64,000 nucleotides of DNA, taken from positions 384,001 through 448,000 of the forward strand of contig CBDASK010000003.1 of assembly GCA_965199495.1 (NCBI GenBank). The letters run 5' to 3'. Within the stretch, counting starts at the first letter, position 1, and each line of letters opens with the position of its first letter. Under the pieces are notes generated by a model, which saw nothing but the letters and a program-made list of their open reading frames with translations, was not told the origin of the DNA and made no database searches. Made by a program: the position numbers and the translations under genes. This DNA comes from Abditibacterium sp. (GTDB lineage: Bacteria; Armatimonadota; Abditibacteriia; Abditibacteriales; Abditibacteriaceae). Of this stretch, positions 10,248 through 19,511 are shown in pieces.

Positions 10248-10287
10248 AACAAAAAGCCCCGCGATTTTCGTCGCGGAGCTTTTCGTT
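10248..10287. terminator. Probable intrinsic terminator downstream of dksA-like gene
   Basis: aaaagccccgcga-ttttcg-tcgcggagctttt hairpin flanked by A/T runs. Confidence 0.6.
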
Positions 10288-10298
10288 GATCCAAATTT

Positions 10299-10850
10299 CT
10301 AATCGCCTTCGGCCATCATCTGCATTTGCGCGGTCAGGGCCGACCAAGGCAACAATTCCAAACGGCTGACGGGAATGTGGGCGCCGGAAACGTCGCAGAT
10401 GCCGTAGGTGCCGTCGTCAATTTTTTGAAACGCGTGTTCGATGGACGAGAGCGTTTCCTCGATTTCTTCTTCAAAGCCCATGTCCATCTCTTTGTCCATC
10501 AGTGACGAAGCCAAGTCAACCGTATCGTCGTCGCCTTCGGCGTCTTCGGGCAGGTTGCCGTCCATATCCGAGGCCGAGCGGCGCAGATAATCGCGCTCTT
10601 CTTCGAGGCGTTTCATCTCTTCGATTAAACGGTCGCGGAAATGAGCCACGTCCAAGTCGGTGCGTTCTTGCGGCGGAATGCCGTTTTCGGGCGAGTTGGC
10701 CACGCGGTCAATGGTGTCAACGGGCACATTGGCGTCGCCGGTTTGGGCAGTCGCGCCCGCTTTGTTGCCGATGGCGACTTTGCCGGTCGAGTCAGTTTTT
10801 AAATCTTTGGCGCTCGCTTTTGTTGCGGCGGGGTCAGTTTTTTTGGCCAT
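10299..10850 (-). CDS. DksA/TraR family transcription factor, Zn-free variant
   Basis: Coiled-coil tip DTVDLA; AFQKIDDGTYGICDVSGAHIPVSRLELLPW with only one Cys. Confidence 0.85.
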   Translation of the reverse strand: MAKKTDPAATKASAKDLKTDSTGKVAIGNKAGATAQTGDANVPVDTIDRVANSPENGIPPQERTDLDVAHFRDRLIEEMKRLEEERDYLRRSASDMDGNLPEDAEGDDDTVDLASSLMDKEMDMGFEEEIEETLSSIEHAFQKIDDGTYGICDVSGAHIPVSRLELLPWSALTAQMQMMAEGD

Positions 10851-10908
10851 GTTTGCGGGAATTATTTCCTTTTGAATAATGAACGGAATATGCCCGCAAG
10901 GCGGACGA

Positions 10909-12228
10909 TTAGCCGTTGAGTTTGTCTATGAGTTGCGCTTTCCAAGCCGCGCGGCGCGCCTGATAATCTTCGTTTTCGATGCGGCCCGCTTCGTGTTCGT
11001 CGTCCAGCCGCGCGATTTGCGCGATCAGCATTTGCGCCTGCGGAGTCAATGCCAAATCGGCGCCATTGTCGGCACTCGAAACGCCGTTTTGTGCCATCGT
11101 TGGCGAAGTCGCGACAGAAGCGGGCAATTTAACGCCTTGTCCCGCGTTCGGTTCCGCGCTTTTGGCCTGAACTGCCGTGCTTTTGTCACGCCGTGGCTTG
11201 ATCATCGCGATAGGCAAAAACACGATTAGCCCCACAACCATCGCCGAAAACGCCCAGAACAGCGGATTGACCGGGCGCGCGATCACGACGTGCATATTGG
11301 CGCCCGCGCTTAAAACCGGATCATTCTTTTCGCCGCCCGGCATACCCGGCATCTGCGGCGCGCCAATCGAATTGACGACACGCGTTTCGGTTTTGCCGTC
11401 AATCGGCAAATCGGCGTCGGTCGCTTTGCCCAGAAGCGGCGCCTCGACTTCCAGATTTTTGTCGTCGGGCAGACGCGCCACGAAGAAAAACTGCGTCGGA
11501 TAATTGATTTCGCGACTCAAATCAATCTGTTTGCCCCACGGCATTTGCGAGGGCCAATCCATGTTGTAACTGAAAATAATCGCGTTGCGCGCGCCATACG
11601 CTTGGGGCGTCATCGGGCGTTCAATGCCGTAGCCGCTCGTCGTTTTAATCAGTTTGGCGTCGGTAATTTTCGGATCGAGCGCCACATCTTTGGCGCCTTT
11701 GGGCACGTTCAAAAGCACCGAAATTTTGCGTGGCCCGATGCCCAGAAACGTCTTTTCGGTCGGGTTAATCACCACGATGCGCTCGATGACGTTCAGCCCG
11801 GTGGGAATAGATTTAATCGCCAGATGATGCACCTGAAACTGCAACGGCACTCCTTTGGTCGTGGTGTCGTAAGTCGAAACGTCTACCTGTCCCGGATTCA
11901 CCGTCATGCCGACGGCCTTGAGTTTGTTGCCGCCATCATAAGCCACGGCGGCGTAGTCGTAGCCCTGATGCGGCACGTTCGCCATCAACAGATCGTCGTT
12001 GCCCCACTCCTGCGCCGGAAAAACGTAGCGGCCCGCCGCGTCGGTGCGCACGGTTTCCAGCACTTTTTTGGCGCCCTTGTCGCCGGGTCGAATCAGTTGC
12101 ACCGTCGCATTGGGAAGCGGACGATTGCCAGTCGTGCCGTCGCGCACGGTGCCCGCAATCGGCGTCGGCGCGGCGAGGGCCAAAGAAGCGCTACACAGCG
12201 CGGCAAGAAAGAGAAACGTTGGTTTCAT
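10909..12228 (-). CDS. Secreted/membrane protein with carboxypeptidase-regulatory-like domain (ccm cluster)
   Basis: Signal peptide, IAGTVRDGTT..TDAAGRYVF, C-terminal TM and LIAQIARLDDEHEAGRI SHOCT-like helix. Confidence 0.7.
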   Translation of the reverse strand: MKPTFLFLAALCSASLALAAPTPIAGTVRDGTTGNRPLPNATVQLIRPGDKGAKKVLETVRTDAAGRYVFPAQEWGNDDLLMANVPHQGYDYAAVAYDGGNKLKAVGMTVNPGQVDVSTYDTTTKGVPLQFQVHHLAIKSIPTGLNVIERIVVINPTEKTFLGIGPRKISVLLNVPKGAKDVALDPKITDAKLIKTTSGYGIERPMTPQAYGARNAIIFSYNMDWPSQMPWGKQIDLSREINYPTQFFFVARLPDDKNLEVEAPLLGKATDADLPIDGKTETRVVNSIGAPQMPGMPGGEKNDPVLSAGANMHVVIARPVNPLFWAFSAMVVGLIVFLPIAMIKPRRDKSTAVQAKSAEPNAGQGVKLPASVATSPTMAQNGVSSADNGADLALTPQAQMLIAQIARLDDEHEAGRIENEDYQARRAAWKAQLIDKLNG

Positions 12229-12317
12229 GGTAACGGGAAGCCCAAGGGACGCGCGTGCGCCGGGCGTGTTGTTTGGGATTTGCTTATGGTTGAGGCGAAT
12301 TGTGATTGAACGTTCGT

Positions 12318-12436
12318 AAATAATGCGATATAAAATCGCAGCCAAGGAAGTCGTCGGCCTTCGCCGATAGATTGAACTTTCTTCTGTCGGCGAAGGCCGA
12401 CGACTTCCTTGGCTGCGATTTTATATCGCATTATTT
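12318..12436. repeat. Perfect 50-bp inverted repeat
   Basis: aaataatgcgatataaaatcgcagccaaggaagtcgtcggccttcgccga and its exact complement at 12387-12436. Confidence 0.88.
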
Positions 12437-12775
12437 TTCCATTTTGCGCCGCGCACGCGCGACCAAAACTTCGGCCTCGACCGACAAGTCCGTTTTGCGT
12501 TTGCGGCGAAACGCGCCAACCAACGATTCAACCATCACGCCGCCAAACTTCGGTTCTTCGCGCGGCAAGAGCGCGTTCAATTCGTCGTATTCGGTCGCGT
12601 CAATTTTGCCTAATTCGCGGTCTAACACCAACTGTTCGCGCGAAATCACGAGAGGCGCGCGGCGCAATTTCGTTTCGCGCGCGCTACCCATCCATAGCGG
12701 CATCGTGATAAACGCCAGCGCCAGAACGCCGATGATTATCGGCAAAACCATCGGTTCAATCGAAGCGAAGTTCAT
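12431..12775 (-). CDS. Small membrane protein, CcmI N-terminus-like
   Basis: ATG overlaps the ccmF stop (ATGA); TM followed by LDRELGKIDATEYDEL. Confidence 0.6.
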   Translation of the reverse strand: MNFASIEPMVLPIIIGVLALAFITMPLWMGSARETKLRRAPLVISREQLVLDRELGKIDATEYDELNALLPREEPKFGGVMVESLVGAFRRKRKTDLSVEAEVLVARARRKMEK

Positions 12776-14850
12776 TTCGTCACCAACTCGCGCGGCGGCG
12801 CGGCGATGGCTTCGACGGGCGAACCGGTCTCGACGACGCGGCCACGGCGCGCGGGCAGCATCGCGATGATGGTTCCCAAGACGTAAAATCCGACCGAAAT
12901 CCAAATCCACATCACGAGCGGATTAAGATAGGTTTTGATCTGAGCCGAGCCGTCTTTGGTATCGAAACCGGTCATCACCAGATAAATATCGTTGGAAGGT
13001 CGCGACAAAATGGACGGGCGTTGCGCAGTCTGCTCTTTCTGCCCGGCCATCGCTTCGGGGTTTTCTTCGCTGGCCGCTTTGAAAAAATCAATGTGCGGAT
13101 CCATCGGGCGCTGTTTGTCGGTCACCAGATTACCGTTGGAATCGGTCACCGAAACCAGAGCCACGACCTGATCTTTCAGGTTATCGGGCATCTTCGACGG
13201 GCGCGCCAGCGTCTCGAATTTGAGCGTGTATTCGCCCAAGGGCATCGTCTCGCCCGGCTTGAGCGTGATCGGGTCTTTCTCGATTTTAAAGACCGATGAA
13301 CCGGTCAAACCGATGAACATAATCGCCACGCCGATGTGAACGATGTAGCCGCCATAACGCGCCGGATTGAACGACATCAAGTTCGCAGTCGCGTCCAAAA
13401 CGTTGTCGCCGCGCTTAATCATCAAAGTTTTGATGCCGCGCCAGAACTCCCAGCCAATCGCCAAAAACACGAAAAACGCGAGCGTGAACGCCGTGGCTGC
13501 TCCGGTGCGCCATTGGCCCAGATAGATCAAAATCGGCGAAAACGCGACTGCCCACAAAAAGGGAAATTTAACCGCTTTCCATACGCTCTTCCACGTCGCG
13601 TTGCGCCACGGCAACAACGGCCCGATGCCGGTCAAAGCCAACAGCGCGAGGCCAATCGGCGCCATAATCGCGTTGAAATACGGCTTTTCGACCACGACGC
13701 GCGCACCGCCAATCGCTTCGGATAACGTCGGATAAACCGTGCCTAACAACACCGCGAAAGTCGCGCCCAACAAAAGCCAGTTGTTGAGCATGAACACGCC
13801 TTCGCGCGAAAGCGGATTATCAATGCGCGCGTCCGAAACCAATTGTTCGCGGCGCGTTAAAATGAGCAACATCGTCGCAACCGCCGCAATGCCCATGAAC
13901 GCCAGAAAGTGCCCGCCGATGCCGCTTTCGGCGAACGAATGCACGCTCTGCACCACGCCCGAACGCGTCAAAAACGTTCCGAAAATAGACAGCAAAAACG
14001 TAAGAGTGACGAGCGCGATGTTCCAGTTCTTGAGCAGACCGCGCCGCGCTTGCAGCATAATCGAGTGCAGGAACGCCGTGGCTGCCAGCCACGGCATCAG
14101 GCTGGCGTTTTCGACGGGATCCCACGCCCAGTAACCGCCCCAGCCCAGAGTTTCGTAGGCCCACACGCCGCCCAAAACGATGCCAACTGTGAGGATAATC
14201 CAAGTAAACAAAACCCATTTGCGAATGACCGCGACCCACTGCTCATCGAATTTGCGGTGCAACAGTGCCGAAACCGCGAAGGCAAACGGCACGGCGCAAC
14301 CGACATAACCGGTGTAAAGCGTCGGCGGATGAATCTGCATCCAGTAATTTTGGAGCAAAGGATTCATGCCGTTGCCATCGGCGGGAATCGAACCGCTCAC
14401 GGGCGTAAACGGGTTGGACGTGAACGCAACTAATCCAGCGAAAAATATCGTCGTGGCGCAAATGACTGACGTTGCGGCGGGCGACATCTCTTGGCCCGAC
14501 CGACGCCCGCCCGCCGAAACGGCCCACGCGTAGCAAGTTAAAACGAATGTCCACAACAGCAAACTGCCGCCCTGCCCGGCCCATAATGCCGAGATTTTAA
14601 ACGGCAAAGGTTGCGAGCGCGCCGAGTTGCCGACGACGTATTGCAACGAGAAATTATCGGTCACAAACGCCGTAATGAGCAATCCGCAGGCGGCGGCAAT
14701 TAAAGCCCACGAAGCGAACGCCGCGTTGTGCGCGACTTCGAGCCATCGGGCTTTATCGGTGGCGCGATAGGCGAACATCGTCGCGCCAATGTTGAAAACG
14801 CACGCGCCAATGGCGAGCACGATCAACCAGTATCCAAGTGTGGGAATCAT
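12772..14850 (-). CDS. ccmF: Cytochrome c heme lyase CcmF
   Basis: LWAGQGGSLLLW, GMNPLLQ, HPPTLYTGY, WGGYWAWDPVENASLMPW, LTRSG..SVHSF. Confidence 0.96.
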   Translation of the reverse strand: MIPTLGYWLIVLAIGACVFNIGATMFAYRATDKARWLEVAHNAAFASWALIAAACGLLITAFVTDNFSLQYVVGNSARSQPLPFKISALWAGQGGSLLLWTFVLTCYAWAVSAGGRRSGQEMSPAATSVICATTIFFAGLVAFTSNPFTPVSGSIPADGNGMNPLLQNYWMQIHPPTLYTGYVGCAVPFAFAVSALLHRKFDEQWVAVIRKWVLFTWIILTVGIVLGGVWAYETLGWGGYWAWDPVENASLMPWLAATAFLHSIMLQARRGLLKNWNIALVTLTFLLSIFGTFLTRSGVVQSVHSFAESGIGGHFLAFMGIAAVATMLLILTRREQLVSDARIDNPLSREGVFMLNNWLLLGATFAVLLGTVYPTLSEAIGGARVVVEKPYFNAIMAPIGLALLALTGIGPLLPWRNATWKSVWKAVKFPFLWAVAFSPILIYLGQWRTGAATAFTLAFFVFLAIGWEFWRGIKTLMIKRGDNVLDATANLMSFNPARYGGYIVHIGVAIMFIGLTGSSVFKIEKDPITLKPGETMPLGEYTLKFETLARPSKMPDNLKDQVVALVSVTDSNGNLVTDKQRPMDPHIDFFKAASEENPEAMAGQKEQTAQRPSILSRPSNDIYLVMTGFDTKDGSAQIKTYLNPLVMWIWISVGFYVLGTIIAMLPARRGRVVETGSPVEAIAAPPRELVTK

Positions 14851-14856
14851 TTTTTC

Positions 14857-15000
14857 AGGGGACAGAAGACAGGAGACGAGGGAGACAGGAGTTAAAACGA
14901 ACAAGCATCTGGCGTAACATTACTTGGTGGTCAGCGAAATCTTCGACATTTCGCCCGGTTTGTTCTCCTGACTCCTGTCTCCCTTGTTTCCTGCCTCCTG
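14857..15000. repeat. Inverted pair of degenerate heptamer arrays (GGAGACA / TGTCTCC) overlapping the ccmE 3' end
   Basis: caggagacgagggagacaggagt vs actcctgtctcccttgtttcctg. Confidence 0.55.
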
Positions 15001-15417
15001 AAGAGCGCCCTCGCCTTCCTGATATTTCGATGGGCATTTAGTCAAAACGTGGTCGGCCTTCATCACGCCGGGCGCGACGTAAACGCCGTCAACCTGAACC
15101 GGGCCGCCCGCGCGAAAGCTGTCGGGCAAAGCGTCGGTGTAGACGACTTTCACGACCGATTTGCCCTCGACGACATCGAAGTGCGCGGTGTTAATCACGC
15201 CGTTTTCGGTTTGCGAGGGCGTTTTTTTGACCGGCGTCTGGCCGACGAAACCGACCATGCGCAAACGCTGGCCGACGAATTTAGTCGGTTGGGCATCGGC
15301 GGCGCGCAAATCCTGAACGGGAATCGATTTGAGCGTGCCCGCTTGCAAGGACGAGAAAACTAAGTAGCCCAACGCGCCCACGATGAGCGCGCTTCCGGCG
15401 ATATATTTGATTTGCAT
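14920..15417 (-). CDS. ccmE: Heme chaperone CcmE, CxxxY type
   Basis: N-terminal TM, LRMVGFV, LPDSFRAG, VLTKCPSKY; directly upstream of ccmF. Confidence 0.9.
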   Translation of the reverse strand: MQIKYIAGSALIVGALGYLVFSSLQAGTLKSIPVQDLRAADAQPTKFVGQRLRMVGFVGQTPVKKTPSQTENGVINTAHFDVVEGKSVVKVVYTDALPDSFRAGGPVQVDGVYVAPGVMKADHVLTKCPSKYQEGEGALQEAGNKGDRSQENKPGEMSKISLTTK

Positions 15418-15612
15418 GGGGACTTTGAATCTATCCCAAAGTTTAACGCGCAAGAGTATCATCGGGCATTGACGCGATGAGCCATCCTGTGATAAGTGCG
15501 AGCGAATATCGCGAAATCCGGCATTCCCCTTGCCACGCACTGGCTGCGCTCCGGTAAACTGCGCGCACGAAAACGCGCGACACGCGCGTCTTTTTGTCGA
15601 AACTTTCAAATT

Positions 15613-16047
15613 ATGCAACCATTTCCCAGTTGGGTCACCATCGGCATTGGCCTCGCCAGTTACTTCATTATCGTGGCCGCGTTTGTCATGATCATCTTAG
15701 GTCTCGTCGGCGTCAAAATTCTGCTGTCCATCAAGGACATCGCCGTGACAATGGATGATGTCGTCAACAAAGAACTGCGCCGCGAACTGTTGCCGACACT
15801 AACAGCCACGGCGAAGAACGTCGAGCGCATGAGCGATGACGCCGCCGACACCACGCACAATGTCACCGCCGCCGCCAATCGCGTGGCCAATCTGGTCGGC
15901 AGCGCCGCCAATCGCATCGAATCGCCGCTGATTAAAGCCGTCGGTCTGGGCAGCGGACTTTTGGCGGCGGGTCGCGCCATCAAAGGCAACGACAAACGTC
16001 AGAAAATTATCATCGAGAAAAAAGGAGGCAGATTCCGTGGCAAATAA
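15613..16047 (+). CDS. DUF948-like membrane protein
   Basis: N-terminal TM then helical region; paired with YtxH-like gene. Confidence 0.55.
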   Translation: MQPFPSWVTIGIGLASYFIIVAAFVMIILGLVGVKILLSIKDIAVTMDDVVNKELRRELLPTLTATAKNVERMSDDAADTTHNVTAAANRVANLVGSAANRIESPLIKAVGLGSGLLAAGRAIKGNDKRQKIIIEKKGGRFRGK

Positions 16048-16540
16048 AGATTATTACGAGGGCACGCCCGAACGCATCGTCATCGTCAACGGCCCGACGT
16101 TTGGGCAGGGCATCAAATATATGTTCGTCGGCGCCATTATCGGCGCGGGCGCGACCTACTACGTTTTGGGCGGTATTCGCCGCAAGTCCATCGCCGGACG
16201 CGCCCGCGCCAAAGCCGCCGATAAAGCCAAAGCCGCCGCCAGCCACGTCATTGACGAAGTCGAAGACCGCGTCGAAGCGGCGGGCGATTCGGTCGAAGAA
16301 AAATTGCATTCGCTGGCCGAGCGTGTACGCGACTTGAGCGAAAAAGCCAAAAACACACTTGACGCCGCTGGAGTCGTGGCCAAACCCGTCATGGAACGCG
16401 CCGTGGCTGAAGGCAAGCGCGCCGCCGCTGCGACACGCGCGAACCTCAAAAAAGACGTGGACGAAGCGGGCGACCGCCCCGCGATTTACGAACAAGACGA
16501 AGATTTGCCCAGCCAGCACGAAGACAAATTCGTCGAGTAA
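16037..16540 (+). CDS. YtxH-like protein
   Basis: MFVGAIIGAGA TM followed by Ala/Lys/Glu-rich helices. Confidence 0.6.
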   Translation: MANKDYYEGTPERIVIVNGPTFGQGIKYMFVGAIIGAGATYYVLGGIRRKSIAGRARAKAADKAKAAASHVIDEVEDRVEAAGDSVEEKLHSLAERVRDLSEKAKNTLDAAGVVAKPVMERAVAEGKRAAAATRANLKKDVDEAGDRPAIYEQDEDLPSQHEDKFVE

Positions 16541-16549
16541 ATTGGGCGA

Positions 16550-16594
16550 AACAAAAAAGCCCGCGCCGAATTTTAAATCGGCGCGGGCGTTTTT
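16550..16594. terminator. Bidirectional intrinsic terminator
   Basis: aaaaaagcccgcgccga-attttaaa-tcggcgcgggcgttttt between convergent genes. Confidence 0.8.
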
Positions 16595-16599
16595 GCTTC

Positions 16600-17415
16600 T
16601 CATTTCGCTTCTTCTGTAGCGAAAACGTAAGTCTTGAAAGAGTAATCCAATTCAATCGAAATTTTCTTTCCATCCTTCGCTTCGATGGGTTTGCTTTTGT
16701 ATTCACCCTGCTCGACTTGCAATCGGGAAAGCAGAAACGTGTCTTTTTCTATCCACAAAGTCGTGGTCTTGCCACCGTCTTTGCGCGCGATGACATAACA
16801 GAGCGTTTTGCCCAACATTTGTTCGGGGAGCAATTGAGTGTCTCCCGCAGTTGAAAACAGATCGGATGAACTTTTGCTTCCATCCAACGCATTCCAAATG
16901 AGCGTGCCCGCGCCACTGGCCTGGGGGGCAAGGTTGATTTGCAGCAGACGCGTTTTGGAAATATGCTCTTTGTCCTCGAACACCTCGCGTTTCGGTTCTT
17001 CCGCTTTGTTACTCAACTTGGAAGTTTCCAAATACGTTTCTGTTCCTCCGCCGTCAATCGCCGTGAAGGATTGAGAACCATCGTTGACAAATACCGCGAC
17101 GAGTTGTCCTCTTTGATAGGAAATCGAGGAGCGCGCCGCCGTAATGATATGCCGAGGAGAATCGTCTAACCCCGGCATTTTCACTTTCGCGTCGCTCAAC
17201 ACGACGCAATTGCCTTTATATTGCTCGAAGCTGGCGTAAGTCGCTGCCGATTTTATCAATATCTGCCGCGCCGACAAATCCGGCGCCAAAAGCGTCGTCG
17301 CTGGCGCAATTACACCGTTTTTCAAGGCGTCTTGCGCATTGGCCATCGGCAGATTGGCGTTTATCGCGCACGCGCAACCCAGAAACAAAATGAGCGAATG
17401 TTGAATTTTCATCAT
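16600..17415 (-). CDS. Secreted LolA/DUF2092-like protein, paralog A
   Basis: Signal peptide; LSARQIL.KS..TYA; CYVI; LWIEKDTFLL; ends YVFATEEAK like 18170-18994. Confidence 0.6.
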   Translation of the reverse strand: MMKIQHSLILFLGCACAINANLPMANAQDALKNGVIAPATTLLAPDLSARQILIKSAATYASFEQYKGNCVVLSDAKVKMPGLDDSPRHIITAARSSISYQRGQLVAVFVNDGSQSFTAIDGGGTETYLETSKLSNKAEEPKREVFEDKEHISKTRLLQINLAPQASGAGTLIWNALDGSKSSSDLFSTAGDTQLLPEQMLGKTLCYVIARKDGGKTTTLWIEKDTFLLSRLQVEQGEYKSKPIEAKDGKKISIELDYSFKTYVFATEEAK

Positions 17416-17487
17416 CGAAAATTATAGCTCAAAATATATGTGACTCGCGCATTTATTTTTTGTCCGTCAATCGAGCGTCTCGAATTC

Positions 17488-17889
17488 TCAGCGAAAGAAG
17501 CGAATTCTCGCGATATTGGCCGCGTTCAAAACATCCATTTCGTGATGATCGGCGGTGATGAATTCGGCGTTGAGGCGCCGCGCCAATGCGAGGCCGCAGC
17601 AATCGGCGAGCGAGACGCGGCGCCAATCGGCTTTGAGTTGCGCGACATCTTCGCGAAAAGCGCTGTCCATATCGGTGCGCTCGATCACACCAAGGGCCGC
17701 GAATTGCTCCAAGGCGATGCGCGCGGTTAAAACGTCGATTTTACGCGAAACGTGATAAAAAACTTCCACGACATTGAGGCTGTGAATCAAACACTGTTCG
17801 GAAGAATTGAGTAATTTTCCGATTTCAGGCGCGCCGTCCTCGTCTTCTAAAAAGGCGATGAACGCGCCAGAATCAAACACTTTCGCCAT
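17488..17889 (-). CDS. vapC: VapC PIN-domain toxin
   Basis: VFDSGAFIAFL, NVVEV, SLADCCGLALA, FITAD acidic PIN residues. Confidence 0.88.
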   Translation of the reverse strand: MAKVFDSGAFIAFLEDEDGAPEIGKLLNSSEQCLIHSLNVVEVFYHVSRKIDVLTARIALEQFAALGVIERTDMDSAFREDVAQLKADWRRVSLADCCGLALARRLNAEFITADHHEMDVLNAANIARIRFFR

Positions 17890-18148
17890 AATGGGCCTCC
17901 CATTTTGCTTCTTCGCGTTCGTTTTCCAAGCGTCGCTCTGCGTAAAAATCGTCCACACTTCCTAACTTTCCTCTGAGAGAACCTTGAAGTTCATCCAAAA
18001 TTCGAGCGCGCTCGACGCGTTTTTCGTCGGCGCGCGCTTTTTCGCTCACGCCTTCGAGCGCCAACGCTTCCACGCTGATACCGCGTTCGCGGGCGCGTTC
18101 GTGCAGCGCGGCTTCGACTTCGGTGGGCAATTCTAAAACAAGTGTCAT
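17873..18148 (-). CDS. Antitoxin (RHH/FitA-like) of VapC
   Basis: MTLVLELPTEVEAALHERARERGISVE; overlaps the toxin start. Confidence 0.75.
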   Translation of the reverse strand: MTLVLELPTEVEAALHERARERGISVEALALEGVSEKARADEKRVERARILDELQGSLRGKLGSVDDFYAERRLENEREEAKWEAHYGESV

Positions 18149-18169
18149 AGGGTCAGTTTAAATCATTTG

Positions 18170-18994
18170 CTACTTCGCTTCGGTCGTCGCGAAAACGTAT
18201 TGGTTTTGCGAATAGGCCACGCGCATAATCGGTTGTCCGACGCCTTTGCGTTTGGGCAAATCGTCGTAAATTTGCTCGCCCAATTCCTGAGTCATGCGGC
18301 GCAGCAAGAACGTTTTCTGCTCGATGGTATAGGTTCTCACGCTTTTGAGTTCAGAATCCGTCGCTTTAACAACATAACACGCGACGTTGCCCAGATTGCG
18401 CGTGGGCAAAAGTTCGAGTTGGCTTTTTGGGCCGGGAAAAGGGTTGCTCCAAATGTCATCGCGGAGCGCGGCGGGAATCGTCGAAGCGGTGCCTCCGGTG
18501 AACCCGCTCAATCCGGCGACCATGCTGTCAACGGCGCTCTCATTTGGAGTGTCTGCTTTGTCTTTGTAGTCGCTGCGCACGAGTTCGCCCGCCGCCGCGA
18601 TGGTGGCGCCGCGTTTCACTTGTTCGATGTAAGCCGCGCCCGGTTTCCACAGCGCCTTGAAGGGACTGCCGCCCGCATCCACGCCTTCGAGGGACAAATA
18701 CTGGCCGCGCACGAACTCGATTTGTGCGTTCGCGCTCGAAACGTTTTGCGTGGGCGCACCGTCGCCAACGGCCAAAACGACCTCGCTCGCGACGCTACAC
18801 GAACCTTTGTAGCTCGAAAATCCGGCGTAAGTCTGGCGCGATTTTTCGAGAATTTGCGCCGCCGTCAGCGTGGCGGCGGGTGCAGCCACGTCCGCCGTGG
18901 CTGTATCGGGCGCCGCGTTCTGCGCGCGGGCGATTGGCAAATGGACACAAGCGCAACCCAACGCTAAAATGAGCGAAATTTGAGTTTTCATCAA
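18170..18994 (-). CDS. Secreted LolA/DUF2092-like protein, paralog B
   Basis: Signal peptide; LTAAQILEKSRQTYA; CYVV; IEQKTFLLRR; ends YVFATTEAK. Confidence 0.6.
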   Translation of the reverse strand: MMKTQISLILALGCACVHLPIARAQNAAPDTATADVAAPAATLTAAQILEKSRQTYAGFSSYKGSCSVASEVVLAVGDGAPTQNVSSANAQIEFVRGQYLSLEGVDAGGSPFKALWKPGAAYIEQVKRGATIAAAGELVRSDYKDKADTPNESAVDSMVAGLSGFTGGTASTIPAALRDDIWSNPFPGPKSQLELLPTRNLGNVACYVVKATDSELKSVRTYTIEQKTFLLRRMTQELGEQIYDDLPKRKGVGQPIMRVAYSQNQYVFATTEAK

Positions 18995-19023
18995 CAGAAA
19001 TTATAACGCGAAACGGGTTTGAT

Positions 19024-19437
19024 TCACGCGTTTTTCTGCCCGGCAATCGAGCGCAGGAGCGCGATCATTTCTTTGTTTTGTTCGACGTTTTGCTGCGACA
19101 AATCAGAGACGGTGACATCTTCGGTCGGCGCGGGCTTGCTTTCGACATCGCGGCGCAAACGGTTGGCGGCTTTGACGACCAGAAACAGCGCGAACGCCAC
19201 GATGAGAAATTGGATAACGGCGTTGACGAAATTGCCGATGCCAAACGGCCCAAACGGGCCAAGGTGAACCGAGTATTTGGCGAAATCCACGCTGTTGGTT
19301 AGCGGCGAAAGCAACGGCGTTAGGATGTTGGCGACGAGAGAATCCACGATTTTAGAAAACGCGTTGCCGATAATGACGCCAACAGCCAAATCTAAAACGT
19401 TGCCTTTGGCGATAAATTCTTGAAATTCTTTGAGCAT
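19024..19437 (-). CDS. mscL: Large-conductance mechanosensitive channel
   Basis: MLKEFQEFIAKGNVLDLAVGVIIG, GNFVNAVIQFLIVAF, LLRSI. Confidence 0.95.
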   Translation of the reverse strand: MLKEFQEFIAKGNVLDLAVGVIIGNAFSKIVDSLVANILTPLLSPLTNSVDFAKYSVHLGPFGPFGIGNFVNAVIQFLIVAFALFLVVKAANRLRRDVESKPAPTEDVTVSDLSQQNVEQNKEMIALLRSIAGQKNA

Positions 19438-19511
19438 CTACGCTCTGCATTTTACGCGATTCCGATGAGTTAAACTGCGCGCCACACAGTTAAAAGTTGC
19501 GCTTATTTCTC

